Assembly: GCF_900199515.1 (NCBI RefSeq)
Contig: NZ_LT963434.1
Span: forward strand, 393,272 to 425,271
DNA: 32,000 bases
DNA from: Massilicoli timonensis
GTDB lineage: Bacteria > Bacillota_I > Bacilli_A > Erysipelotrichales > Erysipelotrichaceae
Reading direction: 5' to 3'
A program made the position numbers and the translations under genes. The notes beneath the pieces were generated by a model. That model saw nothing but the letters and a program-made list of their open reading frames with translations, made no database searches and had not been told where the DNA came from. Below are positions 22,815 through 30,640 of this stretch, piece by piece; within the stretch, counting starts at the first letter, position 1; the number at the start of each line of letters is the position of its first letter.

Positions 22815-22848
22815 AAAAAAACGAGAAGTGATCTATGATCTCCTCTCG
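22815..22848 (-). terminator. Rho-independent terminator of the BMP lipoprotein gene
   Basis: The minus strand reads CGAGAGGAGATC-ata-GATCACTTCTCG, a 12-bp stem with 2 mismatches, followed by TTTTTTT. Confidence 0.6.
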
Positions 22849-22883
22849 CTTTTTCATTCATTCAAGTGCGTTTATAATACTGC

Positions 22884-23945
22884 TTAGCCGACTTGACCGT
22901 TTTCGATCTGACGTTTGGTTGTAACTTCGATCTTACCATCTTTCATATCCTGTACGACTTCATCCAGTTTTGCCTGAATTTCATCAGAGATATTTGGGTT
23001 TTCTTCCGGTAAGCCAACGCCGTCTTCCGCAATCGTATAAACGATCGGTTCTGCTTTGAACTCTCCGTCTAATACTTGTTTAGCTGCTGTCTTTGCCGCA
23101 ACATCCACACGTTTTAATGCAGAAGTAAGCGTTACTGACTTATTATTGTCTTTGTCATAGATACCGGTATCATACTGATCAGAGTCAACACCGATTACCC
23201 ATACTTCTTCGCCTTTTTCAGCACGTGCCACTGCTGACGCAAATACACCGTTTCCGGTACCGCCGGCCGCATGGTAAATAACCTTCGCGCCTGCCGCATA
23301 TTGTTTTTCAGCTAATGTAGATCCCATTTCCGTCTTGTCGAAACCACCGGCATAGTCCACATAGATCTTCATGTTTGGATCGATTGATTTTACGCCCTGT
23401 TCAAAACCGGCCTGGAACGCGATGATCAGATCTTGTTCTTCACCGCCGATAAAGCCAACCGTATCGCCGCCCTGTGCTTTCGTCTGCATTGCTGCCGCAA
23501 CACCTGCTAAGTAAGAAGACTGTTCAGCCTTGAAAGTAGCGCTCTGTACGTTTGCCTCCTTACTTACCGTATCGATAACCAGGAAGTGGGTATCCGGGTA
23601 GGTAGGCGTTACATTTTCGATTGCCTTGTCGAATTTGAATCCTGCCGCTACGACCAGATCATATCCTTCATCCGCAAATGATGATAAGTTCGGTTCATAG
23701 TCAGAATCGTTTTTTGACTGCATGTACTTGATGCAGCTGTCATCAAGCCCATTTTCCTTCGCAAATTCTTTGATTCCATTCCATGTACCTTCGTTGAAAG
23801 AATGATCATCGATTCCGCCGACATCGGTTACAAAGCCGACACGAATCGGACATGTTGCTGAATCTGAGCCACCATCAGATCCACAGCCTGCAAGTGTAGT
23901 AGCCGCAAGCATTGCCACTAAACCTACTTTTGTAAATTTGTTCAT
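22884..23945 (-). CDS. BMP-family ABC substrate-binding lipoprotein (NupN/PnrA/Med-like)
   Basis: The signal peptide carries a lipobox (MNKFTKVGLVAMLAATTLAGCGS). GGAGGT lies 7 nt before ATG 23945. The body shows BMP-family-like motifs (VGFVTDVGGIDDHSFNE, GFIGG). It is the cognate partner of the ABC genes at 14.3-17.9 kb. Confidence 0.85.
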   Translation of the reverse strand: MNKFTKVGLVAMLAATTLAGCGSDGGSDSATCPIRVGFVTDVGGIDDHSFNEGTWNGIKEFAKENGLDDSCIKYMQSKNDSDYEPNLSSFADEGYDLVVAAGFKFDKAIENVTPTYPDTHFLVIDTVSKEANVQSATFKAEQSSYLAGVAAAMQTKAQGGDTVGFIGGEEQDLIIAFQAGFEQGVKSIDPNMKIYVDYAGGFDKTEMGSTLAEKQYAAGAKVIYHAAGGTGNGVFASAVARAEKGEEVWVIGVDSDQYDTGIYDKDNNKSVTLTSALKRVDVAAKTAAKQVLDGEFKAEPIVYTIAEDGVGLPEENPNISDEIQAKLDEVVQDMKDGKIEVTTKRQIENGQVG

Positions 23946-23982
23946 TGTATTTACCTCCATGTTTCCCTTACGGGCTACTAAA

Positions 23983-24011
23983 ATTTTACAATATTTCTCC
24001 CATAATTACAA
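23983..24011 (-). promoter_or_regulatory. Candidate sigma-A promoter of the BMP lipoprotein gene
   Basis: On the minus strand: -35 TTGTAA (24011..24006), a 17-nt spacer, then -10 TAAAAT (23988..23983). Confidence 0.45.
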
Positions 24012-24052
24012 TATGAATTTAAGCGTTTTCAGTTTTATACAGAGAAATATAG

Positions 24053-24094
24053 AAAAAAGCGTACTGAAATCAACAAAAAGATACCAATACGCTT
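24053..24094 (-). terminator. Candidate terminator after yjjW (long loop)
   Basis: The minus strand reads AAGCGTA...(24-nt loop)...TACGCTT followed by TTTTTC. It starts 6 nt after the stop at 24100. Confidence 0.35.
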
Positions 24095-24099
24095 ATTTA

Positions 24100-24939
24100 C
24101 TATGCAATCCTGCATAGATGATTTTGATTTTTTTCACATATTTCAACAAGCTCCGCCACTTCTTCCATTGCTAATGTCTGATTGCCGAAAGCCTTTAGCC
24201 CTGCTTCTCTTACTCCATATGGACGATAGCGGATCAGTTTATATTGAGAGCGATCTTTTATTCTTGCTGATACATAGGAAACGGTCTTGCGGTTTTGTTC
24301 CTTTTCATTTGGAAGCAATACCGTGCGCACTTCCTGCAATTTTCCATTCTCTAACAGGTAATCCAGATTTTTCAAGACCATCGCATTGTCTGCGCCGCAT
24401 AATTTCTGATGAAAATGCGGATCGACCGCTTTTACATCAAGCATGACGCCATCACATAAAGCAAGCAGCTGCGGATATTTAGAAAAGTCATGCGCACCGT
24501 TGCTGTCGATCAGACAAGTCAAGCCCATTTTTTTGACTTCCTGAAATAGGTCTAACAAGAACGCCGCCTGATTCATACATTCACCGCCGCTTACCGTAAT
24601 GCCGCGGATAAAAGGCTTCAATTTACTGATATGCTCACACAGATCTGCAACACTCATCATTTGAATACGTGGAGAAGCCTGGTGCTCACATACACGAATG
24701 CAGGTATCGCATTTCACGCAGCGCGATGTCTCAAACACGACCTTTCCCGCTTCCATACGCAGCGCATGCGTTGGGCAAGTCGCAACGCATTTCCCACAAT
24801 GTACGCACATTCGGATCGTTTCGGGATTGTGACAGTACAAGCAGGAAAAAGGACAGCTTTGGAAAAAGATGGCACATCGGTTCCCCGGGCCATCTACATT
24901 AGAAAAATCAATGATGTTATTGACGGGCGCTTTCATCAT
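24100..24939 (-). CDS. yjjW: Glycyl-radical enzyme activase, YjjW-like (radical SAM with two ferredoxin-type clusters)
   Basis: Radical-SAM motif CPFSCLYCHNPE (CxxxCxxC) plus CVHCGKCVATCP and CVKCDTCIRVCE. The likely start is the ATGATG at 24939/24936 (MMKAPVNNIIDFSNVDGPG). It overlaps the yjjI stop by about 20 nt. Confidence 0.8.
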   Translation of the reverse strand: MMKAPVNNIIDFSNVDGPGNRCAIFFQSCPFSCLYCHNPETIRMCVHCGKCVATCPTHALRMEAGKVVFETSRCVKCDTCIRVCEHQASPRIQMMSVADLCEHISKLKPFIRGITVSGGECMNQAAFLLDLFQEVKKMGLTCLIDSNGAHDFSKYPQLLALCDGVMLDVKAVDPHFHQKLCGADNAMVLKNLDYLLENGKLQEVRTVLLPNEKEQNRKTVSYVSARIKDRSQYKLIRYRPYGVREAGLKAFGNQTLAMEEVAELVEICEKNQNHLCRIA

Positions 24940-26425
24940 AAATGCGACGATCCAGTGCATTGGCATTGTATTTTGCACCCTGTCCATAACTGCTGACGTT
25001 GTTCAAGCTTGCTTCATTGCGGTCTAATTTGTCGATCTCGCTCTTCTTGACGAGATAACCGGTTACCCGCACGACATCATTATCGGCATTGTAGCCGGTA
25101 AAATAGCGCATGCCGCTGGCAAACGCACCCTTGATGATGTCAAGCAGCGCTTCCTGAGAATAATTCCAAGTATCATCAAAGCGGAAAATATCGCCGATGC
25201 CGCTTGGGAAGTATTTATGGAAATGTGATTCGACCTGAATATGCTGCGGCAGCTGTGGTTCAGCACCGATCGGGATACGGGTACCCGGAGAGTTATCACG
25301 GCCATCCGCATCGATTCCCACCTGTGCATGCAGCACATATTGGTTGTTGCAGCCTTCGCAATAAACGCCCTTATGTGCTTTCACGATCGCTTCTAAGCGA
25401 TCCATGATCCGCACGCCCAGCGCTTCTGCCTGCGGGTTGTTGCCATAGCCCTGCTTCGGATCGCTAATACCCAACAAGGTATTGCAGCACTCCGCTAAAC
25501 CGACCACACCGAACATGCCGGTAAAATTCTCACGTTTTACAAAGCCTTCCTTTACTAAGAAATTAGAAGTGAAGAAATTAGATTCTTCTACGATATAGCG
25601 GATACGCGTATCCATGTTGCGCAGCAGCAGCTCTGCATAATACGGCAGCACCCGATCCATAAAGTCCTCTACACCGTTTGCTTTCGTCGCACATTCATAC
25701 AAGCGGATGCGCGGTAACGTATAACCGCCTCCGCCTACCTTTAATGCGTTATAGCAGCTCGCGATCCCATACTCGCCGATGCCATCTGCCCGATACATCA
25801 CATGGTTAGAGAAACTCGGCTTGCTGGTTGCCAGCATGCAGTCAATACAGGCAAGCGCAAAGTCATCACTTGTCTGTTCAGGGTCATAGATCAAAGACAG
25901 ATTGGGAATCGCCAGCTGCATCTCTTTGGTCAGATCAAGGATGATCCGGGCAACCGGACTGTCTTTTGGACCGATATTGGCATGCACAAAGGAATCTGTC
26001 AGCGTCTTGTCAATGTGCAACAAAAACAGCTTCAGTGCTTTCCTGGTTTCCGCTTCCTCTTTGTGGAAAGGTTCCAGCAGTTCCGGCAGATTTCCCAACC
26101 ATACCGGAAAAGAGGTAATAGAAGGCACGTGCTTGTAGAAAATCAATAAACTGTTGCACGCTTCCCAAATATCCTGCGGCGGTGTCAAACCTAAAAACGC
26201 ACAGCCTTTTTTCATCAGGATGCGATAATCCGGCAAGATATAGCGCGGACGATACGGCGCAACACCCTCGCCCAGATCACAAAGCGTGTGATCCGCTAAT
26301 GCCTGTTTGAATGCCGGCTCTAACGGCAGCGTCGTATCTTCGCTTTCCGCGAGACGCGCCAACGCTAAAACCTGCTGGTGATAAGTCAATGTAGGATTTT
26401 TGATAATTTCGCTTACTTTACTCAT
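24917..26425 (-). CDS. yjjI: YjjI-like glycyl-radical-type enzyme of unknown function
   Basis: About 500 aa. The C-terminal VVRVTGYLV is a glycyl-radical fingerprint (RVxGY). It is paired with a dedicated activase, as in E. coli yjjI-yjjW. The likely start is ATG 26425 (MSKVSEIIKN...), 8 nt after AGGAG. The ATG overlaps the ftsK stop (ATGAGTAA). Confidence 0.7.
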   Translation of the reverse strand: MSKVSEIIKNPTLTYHQQVLALARLAESEDTTLPLEPAFKQALADHTLCDLGEGVAPYRPRYILPDYRILMKKGCAFLGLTPPQDIWEACNSLLIFYKHVPSITSFPVWLGNLPELLEPFHKEEAETRKALKLFLLHIDKTLTDSFVHANIGPKDSPVARIILDLTKEMQLAIPNLSLIYDPEQTSDDFALACIDCMLATSKPSFSNHVMYRADGIGEYGIASCYNALKVGGGGYTLPRIRLYECATKANGVEDFMDRVLPYYAELLLRNMDTRIRYIVEESNFFTSNFLVKEGFVKRENFTGMFGVVGLAECCNTLLGISDPKQGYGNNPQAEALGVRIMDRLEAIVKAHKGVYCEGCNNQYVLHAQVGIDADGRDNSPGTRIPIGAEPQLPQHIQVESHFHKYFPSGIGDIFRFDDTWNYSQEALLDIIKGAFASGMRYFTGYNADNDVVRVTGYLVKKSEIDKLDRNEASLNNVSSYGQGAKYNANALDRRIYDESARQ

Positions 26426-28802
26426 CTTCATACTCCTTTTCTGCTTTCGCATATACTTCACGCGGCTTACTGCCACGGCTTGGCCCGATTACGCCGTTTT
26501 CCTCTAATACATCGATCAGACGCGCGGCTCTGGAATAACCGATGCTGAACTTTCTTTGAATCAGCGAAGTGCTCGCTTTTCGCGCTTCGATCACAAATGC
26601 CTTTACTTCCTCATAAAGCGGATCGCCGCTGTCGCCTCCGCTCATTCCCACGCTGCCGTCCAGCATTTCCAAACGGACAAAGGCATCTTCAAACTTCGGT
26701 TTTCCTTGCGCCGATACAAACTGTGTGATCGCCGCTACTTCTTCATCAGATACAAACGCTCCCTGCACCCGCAGCGGCACCTGTTCTCCGACCGGTATGT
26801 ATAACATATCGCCATAGCCGAGCAGTTTTTCCGCTCCGCTTTGATCTAGGATCGTACGAGAATCAACGGCAGAAGAAACCGCAAAGGCAATACGGCTTGG
26901 AATATTCGCTTTGATGATGCCGGTAATGACATCTACGCTTGGCCGCTGGGTCGCTACGATCAGATGAATGCCCGCCGCTCTGGCAAGCTGGGTAATGCGC
27001 TGAATGCTCGCTTCGACATCCTTCGCCGCCACCAGCATCAGATCAGCCAATTCGTCAATGATCACAACGATCCATGGCAATTTGCTTAACTGCTCCTCCG
27101 GATGTTTTTCCAAATAAGCGTTATAGCCGGCGATATTGCGGACGCCCGCCATGGAAAATAATTCATAGCGGTTATCCATCATCGTTACGATGACCTTCAA
27201 GGCACGGCTTGCTTCTTCCCCATCCGTGATCACCGGACCGATCAGATGCGGAATATTGTGATAAGGGGTAAATTCCACCTTCTTTGGATCGATCAGCAGC
27301 AGCTTGACTTCATCCGGCCGTGATCGAAGCAGGATCGAAGTGATGATCGAATTGACGCACACACTTTTTCCGCTGCCGGTCGCACCGGCAATCAGCAGAT
27401 GCGGCATTTTGTTTAATTCACCGTAAATGCCATTGCCAAGCAGATCTTTCCCTAATGCAAACATCAGCTTGCTGTCATGGTACTTAGCCGGTACCTCTTT
27501 CATCAATTCCCGCATTGACACCGCTGTTTTCTCCACATTGGGAATTTCGATGCCGACGGCTGATTTGCCCGGTATCGGCGCCTCGATACGAATATCCTTC
27601 GCCGCCAGTGCCATCTTGATATCATGCTGTAAATTGCTGATCTTATTGACCCGCACGCCGAGATCCGGCTTTACCTCAAATTTCGTTACGCTCGGTCCGA
27701 TATGCGTTGCGGTCAGCGTTGCTTTCACACCGAACTCCTCAAGGATCTCCATCAACCGTTTCCCGCTTTCATTCGCAGCGGTGATATTGGCACTGGAACG
27801 TCCTTTCCTGCCGCTTTCTTTTAATAAAGAAAGCTTAGGCAAACGATACTTGCTGTAATCTATTTCATATTGTGACACAAAACTGTCTTTTTTACCAGTG
27901 ATCTGCTCTATCACTGTCGGCTCGCTTGCTTTCTGCACGATGGTCTGCTTTGGTTTTGATGCTCCTACGACTTCATCTACATCAATGAATTGGATCGTAC
28001 CGTTTTTCTGCTTCGTCGCATCAAAGAGCACCTGTTCTTCTTCATATGCATCATCGGCGTCAATACGTCCAAACATCATGCTCTGCTTCGGCTTTTCTTC
28101 CTCAAAAAGCGAGATCGGCTCAAAACGTACCGCGCTTTCCTCCATTTCTTCCTGCTGCTGCGCTTCTTTGATGCGCTTTTCTTCTTTCTTTTGCTCTTTC
28201 TTTTCCCGATGATCGCTCGCCGCCTGCCGTAGCGGTTCTTTGACCTTGACAAAAGCCGCCCAAAGCTTCGTAAACCATTCTTTTTTCAGCAGGAATACCA
28301 TGCTCAGCAATACCATCGCCGCAATGACGATATAGGTGCCGTTTCGATCAAACAGCAGCGAGGTCATCGCATAAGCAAGCGCACCGATGATACCGCCGCG
28401 CGCCGATAATTCGCCGACATAAATGGCCTCCAGCTGCTCCATATACTGTTCAAACACCGCCATGCCCTTTAAGGCTTCATCTTTAGGGACTGCCGCCAAA
28501 AGCATCCACGCGCTGACAAGCAATACGCTGCCCAGTACATAGCGCCATGAGATCTCGGAAAAATCCTTCTTCATCATCAAATACAAAGCACCGGCCGCGA
28601 TCACCGCATACACGATGCCATATAAATTGCCAAACGCTACCTTGATCAGGCTCGTTAATGTTTCTCCGATAAAACCGATATTCAAAATACCGATCACACA
28701 AAGGGTAATTGCGACCAATCCATAGATATAGAACAGAATTTCGTTTTCTTCCTGCTTTTTACGGCTGTTTTTTCGCTGTTTTGTCTTGGCCACCGTTTTC
28801 AC
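26418..28802 (-). CDS. ftsK: DNA translocase FtsK/SpoIIIE
   Basis: N-terminal TM helices are followed by a linker and then a motor domain with Walker A GATGSGKS. The C-terminal gamma wHTH is TSLIQRKFSIGYSRAARLIDVLEENGVIGP. The start codon is GTG. Confidence 0.95.
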   Translation of the reverse strand: MKTVAKTKQRKNSRKKQEENEILFYIYGLVAITLCVIGILNIGFIGETLTSLIKVAFGNLYGIVYAVIAAGALYLMMKKDFSEISWRYVLGSVLLVSAWMLLAAVPKDEALKGMAVFEQYMEQLEAIYVGELSARGGIIGALAYAMTSLLFDRNGTYIVIAAMVLLSMVFLLKKEWFTKLWAAFVKVKEPLRQAASDHREKKEQKKEEKRIKEAQQQEEMEESAVRFEPISLFEEEKPKQSMMFGRIDADDAYEEEQVLFDATKQKNGTIQFIDVDEVVGASKPKQTIVQKASEPTVIEQITGKKDSFVSQYEIDYSKYRLPKLSLLKESGRKGRSSANITAANESGKRLMEILEEFGVKATLTATHIGPSVTKFEVKPDLGVRVNKISNLQHDIKMALAAKDIRIEAPIPGKSAVGIEIPNVEKTAVSMRELMKEVPAKYHDSKLMFALGKDLLGNGIYGELNKMPHLLIAGATGSGKSVCVNSIITSILLRSRPDEVKLLLIDPKKVEFTPYHNIPHLIGPVITDGEEASRALKVIVTMMDNRYELFSMAGVRNIAGYNAYLEKHPEEQLSKLPWIVVIIDELADLMLVAAKDVEASIQRITQLARAAGIHLIVATQRPSVDVITGIIKANIPSRIAFAVSSAVDSRTILDQSGAEKLLGYGDMLYIPVGEQVPLRVQGAFVSDEEVAAITQFVSAQGKPKFEDAFVRLEMLDGSVGMSGGDSGDPLYEEVKAFVIEARKASTSLIQRKFSIGYSRAARLIDVLEENGVIGPSRGSKPREVYAKAEKEYEDE

Positions 28803-28827
28803 CCCTTTCTTTTTGTTTGATCAGTTT

Positions 28828-30489
28828 TTATAGATTCACTTCCATGATGACCGGCAGCACCATTGGCCGCTTACCGGTTTCCTTCATCAGATAGCGGCTG
28901 ATCTTTTCCCGTGCTTCCGCTCTTACTTCTAAATTGTCATAGCGTTTTTCTTTTACCGCATTGATAACGCAGTGCTCAATCATATCGCCTGCGGTCTTAA
29001 TGATATACTCCGCATCCTTCAAATAGATCAACCCGCGCGTCTGCACATCCGGTCCGCCGATGATCTCCTTGCTTTTGAAATCTACGACGATCCCGATGAT
29101 CATCGCCCCATCAGTCGATAAAATCTCGCGATCTTTCAATACGACTCCGGTTACATCCCAATTCGCCTTGCCGTCAATGAGCGTATCCTCCAGCTTCAGA
29201 TGATCGGCAACCGATGCCAGCGCCTTATTTTCAAAACGCGCGATCTGTCCATTGTCCAAGATCACGATCTGATCCGGGCGATACCCCATCGAAACCGCCA
29301 AATTGGCGTTAGCGATCAAATGCCGGTATTCGCCTTTGATCGGCAGATAATAGCGCGGCTTAAACAGATACAGCATCATCTTCAGATCTTCGATGCTCGG
29401 ATGCATCGATAAGACGCTTTTAGGCGAAAGCGAATACAGCTTTCCGTTTTCTTTATAGATCTCATTCTCCATCTTATTGGCTTCCATCTCCGTACCGCTT
29501 ACGATTGGCGATGCCATGATGATCGTATCACTGGAACGGAAATGTACCCGCTCATCCTCCTGCGATGCGATATTGGTCATCGTTCTGAACAGATTTTTAC
29601 CGCCGCCGCTGATCAGCACTACGACATCTTCTAAATCATCGGAAAACTGCCGATCGCTCAGCTGCATTTCCCTAGGTACTTTATAATAGCCCATCTCCTC
29701 TAACAATCCCAGCATATTGCGCAGTTCCTTGTCATGGAAATAAATCTTGCGATTGTACTTTTTACAAACATCGATGATCTCGATGATGCGAAACAAGCTC
29801 TGCCGATATGCGGATATCAAAATACGTCCTTCCTGCGCCGATTCAAAGATCGGTTCGATCAGATGCGCAATTCGATGTCTTGGCGCCGTATGTCCGCTTT
29901 GATCCGCTCCCAGCGATTCACAAAGCAGCGCCAAAACGCCTTTCTTGCCGATTTCCGAAAGCTCATTGAGATCGCACTGGTATTCCTTTTGAATCATATC
30001 ATAGTCGATGATATATTCACCGGTATAAACGATATAGCCCTGATCGCTTTTGATCGCAATACCGAAATTGTCCGGCATCGCATGCGTCATGGCAAAGGTG
30101 CGCACTTCCACACCGCCGATATTCTGCTTGCTGGTGCGTTTGATCTTTTTGATCTTAAACTTCGATACGCCTTCCTTTTTCAAATAATCATACAGAAAAT
30201 TCGCCGTCAAGGCACCGGTATATACCGGTACGTTTATCTCCTGCAATAAAAACGGCAAAGCCGCAACGACATCATCATGTCCATGCGTGATGAAAATACC
30301 TTGTACCCGTTCTTTATTTTCAATTAAATAAGTAAAATCCGGAATGACAAACTCCACGCCCAGCTGCTCTGAATCAGGATATTTGATTCCCGCCTCTATT
30401 ACAAAAATCGCTTCGTTCACTTCTACTACGAATAGATTTTTACCGTTTTCATCTAAACCGCCGAGTGCAAATATTGATACTCGATCCAT
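28828..30489 (-). CDS. rnj: RNase J-family beta-CASP metallo-beta-lactamase, J2-like (degenerate catalytic motifs)
   Basis: 553 aa, with GGAGGAG before the ATG. It shows the RNase J architecture, but ITHGHDDVV replaces HxHxDH, YTGEY replaces TGD, and PIKGEY replaces HGE. MTHAMPD and SMHPS are retained. Confidence 0.8.
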   Translation of the reverse strand: MDRVSIFALGGLDENGKNLFVVEVNEAIFVIEAGIKYPDSEQLGVEFVIPDFTYLIENKERVQGIFITHGHDDVVAALPFLLQEINVPVYTGALTANFLYDYLKKEGVSKFKIKKIKRTSKQNIGGVEVRTFAMTHAMPDNFGIAIKSDQGYIVYTGEYIIDYDMIQKEYQCDLNELSEIGKKGVLALLCESLGADQSGHTAPRHRIAHLIEPIFESAQEGRILISAYRQSLFRIIEIIDVCKKYNRKIYFHDKELRNMLGLLEEMGYYKVPREMQLSDRQFSDDLEDVVVLISGGGKNLFRTMTNIASQEDERVHFRSSDTIIMASPIVSGTEMEANKMENEIYKENGKLYSLSPKSVLSMHPSIEDLKMMLYLFKPRYYLPIKGEYRHLIANANLAVSMGYRPDQIVILDNGQIARFENKALASVADHLKLEDTLIDGKANWDVTGVVLKDREILSTDGAMIIGIVVDFKSKEIIGGPDVQTRGLIYLKDAEYIIKTAGDMIEHCVINAVKEKRYDNLEVRAEAREKISRYLMKETGKRPMVLPVIMEVNL

Positions 30490-30559
30490 AAATCTCCTCC
30501 TTTTTTCTTTTCTATTATTGATGAATCTTCATTCGATAAAGCCATTCACACTACATTAA

Positions 30560-30568
30560 ATTATACCA
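30560..30568 (-). promoter_or_regulatory. Candidate extended -10 promoter of rnj(-ftsK-yjjIW)
   Basis: The minus strand reads TGgTATAAT about 70 nt upstream of ATG 30489, downstream of the miaB terminator. Confidence 0.5.
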
Positions 30569-30612
30569 CGATTTATAAGCTGTGAATACACTTACCCTCG
30601 CAATTTTTCATA

Positions 30613-30640
30613 AAATGTAAAAAAGTGCAGCTGCACTTTT
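30613..30640 (-). terminator. Rho-independent terminator of miaB
   Basis: Perfect palindrome AAAAGTGCAGCTGCACTTTT (30621-30640). It overlaps the stop codon and is followed on the minus strand by further T residues. Confidence 0.7.

Noticed and set aside
17935-22883. IS plus adhesin as a composite transposon.
   Set aside because: Only one IS copy is present. Its 8-bp duplication flanks the IS alone, so the adhesin gene is not mobilised as part of a composite element on the evidence in this window.
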